Source: Tubiluchus corallicola (Eukaryota; Animalia; Priapulida). Taken from it: a stretch of 64,000 nt of DNA. Made by a program: the position numbers and the translations under genes. How positions within the stretch are numbered: position 1 is the stretch's first letter; the number at the start of each line of letters is the position of its first letter. Location of the stretch: contig JAQGDQ010000165.1 of assembly GCA_030141605.1 (NCBI GenBank), forward strand, positions 372,001 to 436,000, in the 5' to 3' direction. Of this stretch, positions 35,200 to 48,000 are shown piece after piece. The notes beneath the pieces were generated by a model. That model saw only the letters and a list, made by a program, of their open reading frames with translations, did not search any database and was not told the origin of the DNA.

Positions 35200-36700
35200 C
35201 CAAGTAGATTTGAAGGTGCTGTTACAGTAGTGCTATTGATAATATATCTTCAAGCATTGAATTCCATAATTCCATAGGTTTACCTCCGCATTTGAGAAAC
35301 TAAACTTGTATACATCCAACCTGAACTGTCTTTTATATATTTTATACCTGTGTCCTCTTGTTACTGAGGGGCAGCAATCAAAGAACATTGCAGGATATAA
35401 TGAAGTCCGAAACACCTGTGAACATTTTACACATTTCGATTAGATGTCCTCTAGTAGGCTACGTCTATGTTCAGGGCTGTGTAGTTTGAGTTCCTGTAGT
35501 TTGTCCTCGTATGCACTGTTGTTTAACCCAGAGAAATTTTCACTGTTCTCCCTTGGATTTTCGATAGAGCTGAAAATAATATCTTTGACATAACGTGGGT
35601 TCCCCAAACTTGGCTTGATATTCAATGTGTGGCCTGACTAAGGTTTTATATATTGGTACGTTTCTATTCATACTAAGAATAGTTTTAAAGGTGGCTCCAA
35701 GTATCTGATTTTCCTTGGCAACTTTAACATCATTGACAGGTATTCGAAATTTGAGTTGGTTGTCCACAACAACACCCAAGCCTTTCTCAGAAGTAACCAA
35801 TGGCAGGAATCTCCCATGAAATTGATAACCTAAATCACCTTGCAAGTCAGATTGTAACAGATTGTAACTAGGATACACACCATGTAAGCTTAACATGCAA
35901 ATTTGCTCAGTTTCGAGATGATACTGCTATCAATGTTGTCAATAGTCCTAGTACACTGCCTTGGGGTACTCCAGAAATAATTAACTGGAAGTGTCAATGA
36001 TTGTTAGTTTTGTACTGTCTGTTAGCTTTCTATTTGTCAACCATTCTTTGGTCCAACTAAAAAGTTTACCAAGGACACCATGGGCTTGTAGTTCGACAAG
36101 TACACATTGATGAGGTGCCCTATCAAAAGTCCAAGGTCCAAATATCCCAAGTCCAAATATGTAATACCAACTGAAGACCCAGTGTCAATATAACTCAAAG
36201 AAGTCTAACAGATTGGTCACAATTGAACGTCATTTGAATAGTAAATTATTGCTAAATAACTTAGTGAAAATGTTCTGCATCTGCACTACAAGTATTTTAC
36301 AGGCTATCTTGTCAAGGAGATTGGTCTATATAGTTGCTGCTACACTTCTGGAACCTTATGTATTGGCGTAATAGTAGAGAGCTTCTTTCTAGTGTGTTTG
36401 CATCTATCAATGATTTACGGTAGACAATAGTTGATGGTTCAGTAATTATACAGTGCAGTTTTAAGTACATAGTTTAATGCAATAGATCAAGTCCTGGTGC
36501 AGAGTTGACATTAGTGTTTTGGTAATAATCCTCCTTAATATCAATGTCTTAACTGTAGTGGTATATCGGTTGTAGAATCAATTGAAGGTAACGTTGACAC
36601 ATTCTCACTAGTAAACAAGGTGTTGAAAACCTCATTCAGAATTTTCAGCCAGATAATGAGGGTCTGTCACTTGTTCACCATTTAAAAATTGAAAAATCTT
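35200..36700 (-). mobile_element. Highly degraded CR1-type LINE RT remnant
   Basis: Fragments SGVPQG, EKGLGVVVDNQLKF, IYKTLVRPHIEY, VTRGHRYKIYK across many stops and frameshifts. Confidence 0.75.
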
Positions 36701-37919
36701 TATAATAATGATTACTAAATTATCGTAATGATAATAATCATATCGTTAACCATTTTTAATCATTACTAGGTCAATTAAGACCTAGCAAAATGTAATTAAA
36801 ATTCACAGATGGACACGTTTAAATAGTAGCCGAGCATAGTCGATATTGCCAATTTACCATTCTCATCTTCATCATCATCATCTTTTTCTTGTTCATCATC
36901 ATCATAATTTTCACAATCATCATCATTATTCTCGAGAAATTTTTTTTAAAAAAATATCAAAGGTTTTGTCTCCTTGCATTACATTTTAATGATGATCTTT
37001 TCTTTTATGTTGATTTAAGCATCTGAACATTTTGTTGACAGACTTTGATGCACGGATGTGCAGATACAAACATAGTTTTTATACTGACTCTATGGTAATT
37101 GTAAGCATCTAGAAAAAAGATGATGCAGCCTGGAATACTTTGTTTTTTTCTAGAAACAGTCGAACCCGATCGCTTTCTGAACAGTGAATATACAGTTTTC
37201 GTTTGTAGAATAACGTATGAATAAGGTATGAAAACATTTTTTTATTTATTTTTGTTTTCTTTGTTTATTTTTTATCTTCCGTTTTCTTTCTTTAATCTCT
37301 TCCATCCCTTTTACTGGTGACTTCTGTGATGTTCCTTTGCTTTTTGTGTTAGTATTCCATGTAAATAAATTCGAATTAAACCAACTAAAGTTACGTTGCT
37401 CGATGGTTTGATGTAAAGGTGATACTTATTGCCGAAGACTGCAATTCAAGGCAGTAATTTTGAGTTCAAGAAATGGGAATATTAATTTTGCTCTTATTTG
37501 CCTAAGTATTTTACCCTTTTTTCCAAGTTATAATAATAGTATTAGTTTGTATTTTAATGAATAAGACATTCTTGAACGACAGTATTATTTGCTTTATTTT
37601 GGTAGGGAGATTTTAGACAGACATTTTATTTATCTTCTCATTTACACCAGAACACAAATAGACTATTATTGCTATAGTTATTAATTAAACAGGATGAATG
37701 ATGTATGAAGGAAAGAGTTTGTGGGGTGCAGGAGAAAGGGTAGCGAAAGACCAATTGGTCATCAAGTCAGCTACCCAAGTAAACATTTAAATAAAATGTT
37801 TACGTGTCTGATTATTTCATCTCAGTATCTGACTAGGCTTGTTCTGATATCGATCGTAGATTGGATTATTTTACAGTTTCGTTCATCTTCAATTGTTTCA
37901 ATACAAAATGTCGTGATAT

Positions 37920-38380
37920 ATTGTGCACATTGAGAAAGTCGCTAACCAAAGGATTGGTCTAATCAAAAGTGCCACAGTATGCTGCAAAGCCAAAGTCTTC
38001 ATTCTTTTGTACAAATCACTAGTTAGGCCTGTCTTAGAGTGCGCGGCTTCTGTTTGGTCTTCTCAGTTTTCTACTATCATCTATGCTTACGGTTTTCCCA
38101 AGGATTTCGACTGGGACAGTGTTTCTACTTTAGAACAGCAAAGGGCAACAATTGACTTAGTTAATGCATATGAAGTAATAAATGAGAACTGGCACATCAA
38201 TCCAAATTCTTTTTTCTATCGCCCATACAGACAACTTGAAGGTCATGGTCATAAACTCTTTGTTCCATCTGTCATGTAAAATATTCATTAACATTTCTTT
38301 ATTAACAGAGTCGTTCTTCGTTGGAACAAACTGTATGACAATGTTGAAAGATCAGATTCCATAAACAAATTTAAATCAGC
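37920..38380 (+). mobile_element. Degraded CR1-type LINE 3' fragment
   Basis: LYKSLVRPVLECAASVWS, LEGHGHKLF, RVVLRWNKL. Confidence 0.75.
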
Positions 38381-38455
38381 GGAGGTGTGCACCCTGTGCC
38401 ATAATACTAGCTCACCTAATCTGTTTGAAGGTAAGTGTAACACTCTACTATAAGA

Positions 38456-38906
38456 CAGTCAACCTCGGGTTTAAGGTACTCGCTTATAAGGGACCACCAA
38501 CTCCGGTCCCGATTTTTTGTAACGTTTTTTCTATGTAAAAGTCTTCGTATATAAGCTACTCGGATATAAGGGACAATATCTTCAGGTCAGGCGTAATAGA
38601 AACCCAGGTAAATCACCTCGCATATAAGGGACCCTATGATCAAAGCGAAATTGATCGATTTTTAACCTCAATTTTTCGCAAACTCGGCCTTTAAAAAGCT
38701 CGGTTTCTGCGGTCACATAATCTCGCATCACTGAAGTAGCTTCCTACATACCGTTTGCACTGAATGTGTAGTAACAATCCATAAAAATATGGGTAAAAGT
38801 ACAGAAATGTACAGGTCTAGATACACCCTCGGGCTATAAGGGACATCGGATATAAGGGATGGTTTTTTCCGGTCCCGAGGCTATCCCTTATATCCGGGGT
38901 TGACTG
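38456..38906. mobile_element. Tigger-like MITE just upstream of the DBR1 start codon
   Basis: CAGTCAACCTCGG...CCGGGGTTGACTG-TA; repeated GGATATAAGGGA subterminal motifs. Confidence 0.7.
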
Positions 38907-38954
38907 TACATGACATTGTAATTGCTGTTTAACGTTTAGGCTTCAAGGAACATC

Positions 38955-39044
38955 ATGAAGATTGCTGTAGAAGGATGTTGCCATGGAGAATTAGACAAAA
39001 TTTACGAGACGGTGAAATACATAGAACAGCAAGATCAAATAAAG
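38955..39044 (+). CDS. DBR1: DBR1 coding exon 1 ([30 protein letters not shown])
   Basis: GCCHG motif; AAG|GTGAAA donor. Confidence 0.95.
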
Positions 39045-42000
39045 GTGAAATGATTTTGTGACTTAAACTTTATTTATTTCATGTTTTGGTGGTTATACTT
39101 TTTGAATAGTTCTTTACTTTAGTTGTTTTTGATTTGACTTTATTTAAGCTGGAACAATGTTAAAATGCATGAAAGTCCCACATAGAATCGGGCCCCACTG
39201 GGACGAACGGGGGGTGAAAAACTTCCAAAAATTGCCATTTTTCAGCCGTTTTTGCAAAACGTTACCTCTTATTTCTGAAGAACGGGGGTGGTGCTGGGTA
39301 TGGATAGATAGCCCGTTCAGCGGTGGGTGTAGTATGCATATTTAGAATATGCGAGAGGACCACGGCGTCCCGCAACGGGCATTTTCCCCGGACCCAACTC
39401 GCGATTTTTTCGAAATTTTGACCAAACAGCCTGCAGAAAAAACGTTCTAACGGCGCCTGGTGGGACTTTCGTAAGGAGATATATAGGTCTTTAGAAAGAG
39501 CAAGAACAGGGCTACACGATGGTGTGGGCTGCATTTTAGGACACGTCCACCAAAAGGAGTACCGACGAGTTAATTAGATGTTCTATTTTTGGCAATTTTC
39601 GCTTAGAAAACTGCTGATGCAATGCCATTGTTCTGACGTCATCCATTGTACTCTGTCTATAACCTTATCACTTTAATTCAGTAAAAGCTGCTGCTGCTGG
39701 CTTTGCATTAGATAAACAAACGGACACTAGGTAGAATGTTTGCGCAATTTTGATTATAAGTGTATTTATACGCAATTTTTTTGCAGGGCCTTTGCTATCA
39801 ATTAATTAATTTATAATACGTTTACATATATCACTTGCTGACAGTAAACTTGATACCTGCGCCTGAAATCAAATAGGCCTCTCATTTTTGGGCTTTATGT
39901 AGAGTTACGCCTGTATAATTTATAACGTTGTAACATGTTATTTCTCTTTCTCTCATTCACTAACTCTTTCAATCAGCAAGCTATTGATAGACATTTTTCC
40001 AAATTTATATAACAGTCGTTAGAATAATGTAGATATCTGTTTTCAGAAAAAAAGGCCAAAGACGTAATGACAAGTGAATCTCCAAAATATATGCAGAGCA
40101 TTTCTTACAGTGGCCACTAATTCATTTACAGATCAGACTCATTGACACTTATTTACCTATAGACAAGCGCATACAGTGACCACTGAGCTATTCGTCTTCT
40201 CTAACGTGTTACAAATCTGTTTCTTATCTTACTAACTTTCCATAGTGCTAAATGTAGCAAAAAGTGCTATTCAGGCTATGTTTATATATGATCAATTGCA
40301 ATGCTTTGACCCTATAATAAACTACTGTACAGTGCCGTAAGACTTACCTGTCTTTGTCATAAAATAAATGTTCATTTCTCATTCTGGCTAACTCTTATCT
40401 TTGATAAACATTACGATGAAAAACATGCCATAAACACATTGACCCTTGCACCTTGCTATGGTATAGAATAGTTATTTCGTCAACATGTTATCACAGATAG
40501 CTTAGGGTGAATACACGTCTTCAAGAATTTGATCTGTTACCAAGCAGAACACATTTTCTAACATATAGTTGAATAAGCAAATAATATTACTCTTAGCAAA
40601 ACAGTGTCATCATGTATAATCGTGACCAAAGACTACAAGACAGAACTCGCGGTGAAACAGAGCTTACAAAAGCCATTGCAGCTGGTGATTATAATAAAGC
40701 AATGAAGGAAATTAGCGCTCACAGAAATGAGGAATACTTGAACGAAGGACCAGACCACTACTCCCCACTTTACATGATTCTTGGAAGTGGTCGTGAAAAG
40801 ATAATTCATCTTCCTTTGGCAAAGAGTTTAGTTGAACATGGAGCAAACTTAAACCTGCAACTTGACATGATATCTGGTGATACTCCATTCAACGCGCTGC
40901 TTTTCTTATATCTAAGATGGGAATTGTACCATGTTCGTTATTCAGTTCCCATTATTGGATTAGACTGGCAACAAATTCATCAAGAAGAAATATATAAAGA
41001 ACAAATAGAAACGCTCATTCGGCTCTTCATCAGCTATGGGGCCGATGTTAATGCAACTTATAGAGGTGCCCCTATTATTCACGCTCTTGTATATGAAATT
41101 CCATGTGAGACAAAGCTGTTGCGGTTACTATGTGAAGCGGGTGCAGACGTCAATGTAAAAGGCCATGTTTATTTACTTTTACCGTGTTTACCTCTTGTTG
41201 TAAGCTATTGTGTTCCTCTGCATTTAAGCATGTGTCACGCAGATTTTACAACAGCAAGAGAATTGATCCACTATGGTGCAAAGACAGGAATTAGAGCAAC
41301 TTTAGAATTATCAATTTAGCGGGAGAAGGATGGAATTTTCTCCTCTCATGTTCTTCCTCATCAGGCAAGGACTTCTCTCATATTATGATCAAAATCAGAA
41401 ATACAAAGAGAAATATAATCACTTATCTTCACTAGTAGACAATGGTTTCTTTGACGATTCAAGCATTGAAAATGAACTTAAGGAACAATTAAAGTACTTT
41501 CCAGAGTTTAGAATCTGTGCGGATATCCAAAATCTAGTTGGAAAACTGTATGGTTGTGCTACTAGTGACTTGAAGCAACTGTGTGTTAGAGAACTGGCAA
41601 AGAAAATTAGCTTTGATGATACATCTGCCTCTAAACTACAGCAACTAGTTGTAGACTTACATTTGCCTACTATTCTTTTAGATAGGCTTTATTTGGAAGC
41701 TTTCAAGTATCAAATGCCCTCTAATCTTGTTAAAAAGTTGTAAAAATGTTTGATATAGCAATTTCAAAAAAAGACGTTCATAAACGAATTTGTCTCGACA
41801 ATGAGTAAAATTCTCAAAACTCATGAACCATGTATAGTAATTTCTGTAGGATTCGTGAATGATTTAATTTGCCGCAGGTAGAATTTTGCGTAGATTGTAA
41901 GTTGTGGAGAGTGTGAATTTAAAAAATAAAATGGGTTGTGTATCCATTGCGTAGTACATAATTATGACAACAAATATTATTTAATTTTATATAATTATAT

Positions 42001-45000
42001 AGCACAACTCTTGCGTAATATTAGAATGGCGAGCATAACCATTAGCCTGTGTTTATTCCAGAATACCATTTTCTAGTATGTCAGTTAACACATTGTTACC
42101 AGATATAACATATATCTTCACTATACCAGACGATTTTGTAGAATAATATATACACTGTACCTGGATTTTTATAATAAGTTGCATGGATGCTGAAATAAAA
42201 AATTATTTTATGCACTACTACATGGATTCAGATTATAAACTACTTATTTGGTAATTTATGCTTTAATTGTACAGTAAAATAATAATGAAAAAACTCTGCT
42301 GATAATGTTCGTGTGGAGACATAAATTACATACTTTTACTTTGTTACAATAACTGTAGTCATGGTATGGCCTGCATGTTGAGTCAAATATATCTGAATAA
42401 GCACTGATTTTATTTTTTTTTGTGATAATAAATCTTTATTCATAAAATAAATAACATATGTACAAAAGAGTGCTTCTTTTCGTTTACCATTGCATCATAA
42501 ACTATATCGTCAAACAAGGAAAGTTGTTTTACCTAACCATGCAATAACACCATACAGTGTAATCGGCAAAATGGCAGTTTTATAAAAAAAAATTTGCAGT
42601 CGCAGTAATCATCATATCTCTGCATTTACTAAAGAAATTTTATTTTAATTTCAGCCATCTGCTCAAACTTTTTATGTACATTAACAAGAACTGAAAACAA
42701 AAAATAATAAAGTTGGATACCAAAATCTAAACAAAACAATACAATTATTCAGTAATTAGGATTATTATATGTAGTAGTTTCGAATGGGGTCTTATTAACA
42801 GGGAATTTGACCAAGGTTAGTGAGTAAAGTTAAAAACTGAGAGTATGGAAAGAAAAAAATAAGCATCAAAAAAGTGTAATATAGAAAAATTTATGAGAAA
42901 AAGTAAGTATGAGAAAGAGCAACAGTTACTTAAGAGATGAGGAGAAAAAAGAAAAGAAAGAAAAACTTGCTAGCTTGTTTAATAGTCTTACAAATTATGT
43001 TCTACAGGTATGTTCATTTAGTAAGATTTTTGTGTATTTTTTGTAAGCATTTTTGAATCTGAATTCAAATTCAGTTTTAAGGCTTTTTTGGTGACTTTTG
43101 AATCATGAACAAAAGGCATTCACGATATGATGGTGCACATACTTTCACTTTGTTCCATAGTAAAACACTAACAATTTGTTTAAAAATTGTGCACAGACAG
43201 AAATGGCAGGTAAATTGTGCTAATTGCATGCTGATTCTAACATTTTAATGATAAAAAATGCATGTAGTTGAAGTACTGAATTACTAAAATCCATAATTCT
43301 AGGTTCTTCGAACTAAAAAAACTCATTCGAACAGTTGACACTAATTTGAATGGTGCTCACCCTTGATAGTGGCCATTGGTGTGTCACTATTATTGATCGT
43401 TCTTTTAATACACTGAATTCAGCGTCCATTACTACCGCTGGCATCCTTCTGTCTCGGAAGACAAATGGAATGTGCGCCAAGAGAGTCCGATCCTTGAACG
43501 TCTCCAGGGCGCATGCCTGGGCAAGGTGTATGGAGATTCTGAGTTGCCCAGACAACATGAACCCCCTCTCTTCCTCCCTGGTGTAGTCCAAAGGAACATG
43601 GAGCGATACGTTTGGCACCAGGTTGGCTGCAGGAGCTGCCGGAGTCAGTGAGCATGCTGCGCTGGTCCACCTTCGGGGCTCCACTCCTGATTTGGAAGGT
43701 TTACTCCTCTACACATGGCCATTGGGTCACTTGACCTCTTCCACCCTCTAGCCGTTGACTGTTTGTACAGCTCCTCCGCCTAGTGTCGAGATACAGTGTA
43801 GGCATCCCGCATGCCTACAGCACCTGGTATTCCTAGGCGGTCCCCCATCCAAGCAGTAACCAGGCTCTACGTTGCTTAACTTCGGTGATCAGACGACAAC
43901 CGGTGTTTTCAACGTGATTTGGCCGTAGTTATATAATACATACTAGTCTTTTATAGTCATTAATGTTTTAAATAATATGAATGCCCTTAAAAATGCTTCA
44001 GAATTTGTTAAGTCTATTTGATGCCGACAGGTGTCAGTATGAGTCGAGGGCGTTTGCCATGATTTTGTGAATCAATAAAGTGTCATTGTCTGTTCAATAA
44101 GCTTTTTCTATGCTGTGTCCTTAGCAGTTTCCATGGTAACAGAGAGTAGTTTCCCGCGATCTTAAAAATTTACCAGTTATCAATTATTTCAGGCGGCACT
44201 TATGTTGTCGGCCAAACTACTCTCTGTTACCATGGAAACTGCTAAGAACACAAAGCTTATTGAGGAGACAATGATAACACTTTGATACATAAACTCATAA
44301 AATCATGAGTTTTCATTATAATGTTAGATTGACTTGTTGTTGTGCTGCGGTGACTTCCAAGCTGTGAGAAATCGTTCAGATTTGACAAGTTTAGCTGCTC
44401 CTGCAAAGTACCAACTATTAAACACGTTTTACAAGTAAGTAGTATTCTGTTTAATATTTCACTATGTACAGTATGTGAACGGCAGCCGTGATTTGAAAAT
44501 TCATCTTATAAGTACACTTTATTTTTTCAAAAGTTTTAAGCAGGGGTGTGCAAATTATCTGACTAGCCGGGCCACATTAAACTCTTCCGCAATTCCTGTG
44601 GGCCAGAGGCAGTTTGGTCAAGGAGCCAAGTACAGAACGGCCTAATAACGATTTTTTTGCATCCAACCTGCGTACATCATTACTACTACACTCAAGAAAC
44701 TATTTTAGAAGTTATTAAAATTTATATTACAAACCATATATTTCTACTTTCAGGACAGATAGTGGTAATTTCATTACAATGCATATTAGTAATGTGTATC
44801 ACACAGTCTGTGTAGCTGTGACATTAAGCTACAACCGTCTTGTAAGTGTTAATGGCATCCGATCTAGTAGAAAAAACTACCCGCTCTATCTTTGGGATCG
44901 TGGCACGGACTTCACCTGGATACACTCAATTAATCGCCCGGGCCGCACTTTCATTAGGTTGACAAATCTCTTCGCGGGCCGCACAAATTCCCTTGGCGGG

Positions 45001-48000
45001 CCGCAAGTGGCCCGTGGGCAGCTGTTAAACTTTCAAAGCTACTCGCGGCTCAGCGAATCCATTAAGACTGGCACAGGTGCCTTTTTGTCACATTTTTGTG
45101 GCCGAGAAATAGGCGTAGTACCGTGATAAGCATAATCATGGACTACACTGTTCATCTGTGACATCAGTGTGAAGTAGTACTCATTTTCGTGACATCACGT
45201 CAGCGTGTTATAGAAACCTTTGCTTACGCAGACATGCAGGGAAGATATCTACCATTTTACAAACTGTGGTTAGTTTGTGATGTAAGCAATAGCTGTGTTC
45301 GGTTGCCATTAATTACTTTCCTAGGTAATTATGCAAATATTAGTAACAATTGCCAACTTTTATAGGCAAGATAATGTATATTTTGGACAGTAAACTAAAA
45401 TGAGATTGAGTCTAAACAATCGTTCAGTTTTCCTTTAAGATTTGGACAATTTTCTCAAGAGGCTTTGCATTTGTGAAGCAAAGAGTCTCATCTTTTCTTT
45501 GTGATTTTAATTATTATTTTGATGGGCCTTTTCAACTTTTTGAAATTCATTAATTAACTTACTTAACAGGTTATCCTGCTTGCACGTGTTTAATAATCAA
45601 AATGAAACATTTACAGGTATTACTCAGGTGAGAAGACCGCACCTGTACTGACAATATTTGTAGGAGGAAATCACGAGGCATCGAATTACTTAGCGGAACT
45701 ACCTTATGGAGGTTGGGTCGCCCCGAACATCTACTACATGGGTACAAATATCTAAAAATATTTGAATTTTTAAATAAATACGTGGCCAAACTGGCCATAT
45801 ATATTAATTTTGTGCCACATGTTATTTAGTACCAAATATATTATGTTTCTTACAAAGAGTTAATATTTTTATTCTAGTCGACACCTCAAAACTAAGTGTA
45901 TGGTTAGACATGCTTTCATGGAATAATTGTATTTTGCACTGCACATATCTAGTAGCTACAGTTTGTTTTTATTAGCTAAATTATAGAGCGCAGCCTGATA
46001 AACTTTAGTTTCTAAACTCAGTAATGTCAACCAGCTTTTATGCTAAACTTAAATTTTGTAAAAAATTGTTTAGTTATTAATTTCTTAAGCCGATACTAAG
46101 ATAGTTATAATAATAGTAGTACTATTATTACTTAATAGTACTACTATTACTTAATAGTACTATTATTACTTAATAGTACTATTATTACTTAATAGTACTA
46201 TTATTACTTAATAGTACTATTATTATTATTATCTTTATTTAAAGTTGGCTTTTTGGATGAACAATTAACACGTGGAAGTTGGAATTGTACATTGTAGTTA
46301 GGTGCTGCCATCTATGTGCTAATCTTGTTACATTCTACCAGCTGATTTACCTTCAGTATAATTGTATGGTCCAGTGAGTACATACACACTGGTCCTCTCC
46401 CTATCTAACATTAATGGTTGTTGTGAAGCCTGTGCAACTCTGCATATGTCAAGTTTATTGTACATTGTAGTTAGGTGCTGCCATCTATGTGCTAATCTTG
46501 TTACATTCTACCAGCTGACTTACCTTCAGTATAATTGTATGGTCCAGTGAGTACATACACGCTGGTCCTCTCCCTATTTAAAATTAATGGTTCTTGTGAA
46601 GCCTGTGCAACTCTGCATAGTTCAAGTTCTACACCTGAATACCTGGCTGTGAAACAGGTTTTACTGACTGTTTTTGCTTTCTAGTTTTTGCTCAATGTTC
46701 AGTGCAGCAGTTTTCTATAGTTTAATAAACACTTTTCTGTTGTGTGCAGTGCAAATATTATTATAGATTTTAGGTTCCTATCCATACTTCTCTGTGTCTA
46801 AACTCAATCATAACAAAGTGACTGAACAACAATTTCAAAAATGACTTTCACAACACAAGCTCCAAAGAGGTTTTGTCCCGACTGTAAATAACAATCTACA
46901 ACTACATAACAGTAGGGGTGAACATCGAATGTTCGAATTCGATTCGAACGAGTTTTTTTATTCGAATTCGTTTCGAACCTAAAATTATAGATTCGAAAAA
47001 TTCAGCACTATACGCACATGCGTTTTTTATCATTAAAATGTTTGAAGCAGCGTGCAATTAGCGCAGTTTAGCTGCAGTTTCTGTGCAAAATTTTTAACAG
47101 ACTAATAATGGCTTTACTGCTGAACAAAGTCAAGCAATATGCACGATCTTTGTAAGAGTTAGTTTTTATTAATGGTTCGAAAACTTGTTCCCAAACCTTT
47201 CAGACGTAATTCGAATTCGATTTGCATTCGAAATACCAAAATTCGGTTCAATTCGAATTCGAAAGTCACAAATTCGATGCGAATTCGCTTTTTGGTCACC
47301 CCTACATAACAGAGACTATTATTACCCCACTTTTGCCCTAAATACCACGTGCCAGGCAGGGCAATAGGTGGTATCCTTTAAAATGTTAAATTTTCTGGTA
47401 TTACCCAGCTGCTGTATCGAACTCACGACCTCTCAGATGGAAAATGGACTACTATAAACCGTCTGGCATAACTGTTCAATTATTCATTGTTCAATGTTCA
47501 TATTCGGATATTCATTCTGTTGCCTTTGTTTTGTTTAAGACACTGGTTATCAAATTCGTTTCATTTCCTAGTAATGAATTTTTTTCAAAATTGTCTAGCT
47601 ATGTGTGAAGAATATGAAAGAATATATAAGCATATTTTTATGCTATCTTCTTGCAACAATATCTTTCTAAATCACATATTTTTTCATAATTTCGCGTAAT
47701 AAGCCCTTTTGCAGTTTCGATATGCGCATGCGCCGTTGCTGTAGGTCAAAGGTCAAGTGTACCGTAGCAATGCGTCTAACTACAACTGTCACGTGACGTG
47801 TGTAAAGCAAAGCTGTCTACCGCATCAGTTCAGTAACTTTATTTGTTTTACTTGGGCTTTACTTAATTATACATTAGTGTGTGCATAGGATGATTTACTA
47901 GTATGTTCTTGCTTGGGAACAAGAAATAATGAAGGTTTTAGCTAGCTGTTAAAACTGTTGCCATTACAATAGCATGGGCTGCGAAGCGTTGTCAAGTGTA

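Noticed and set aside
41200-41319. Intron (GTAAGC...TTTAG) joining the two ankyrin/SOCS ORFs
   Set aside because: The donor is phase 0 but phase 2 is required, and it would delete an ankyrin repeat
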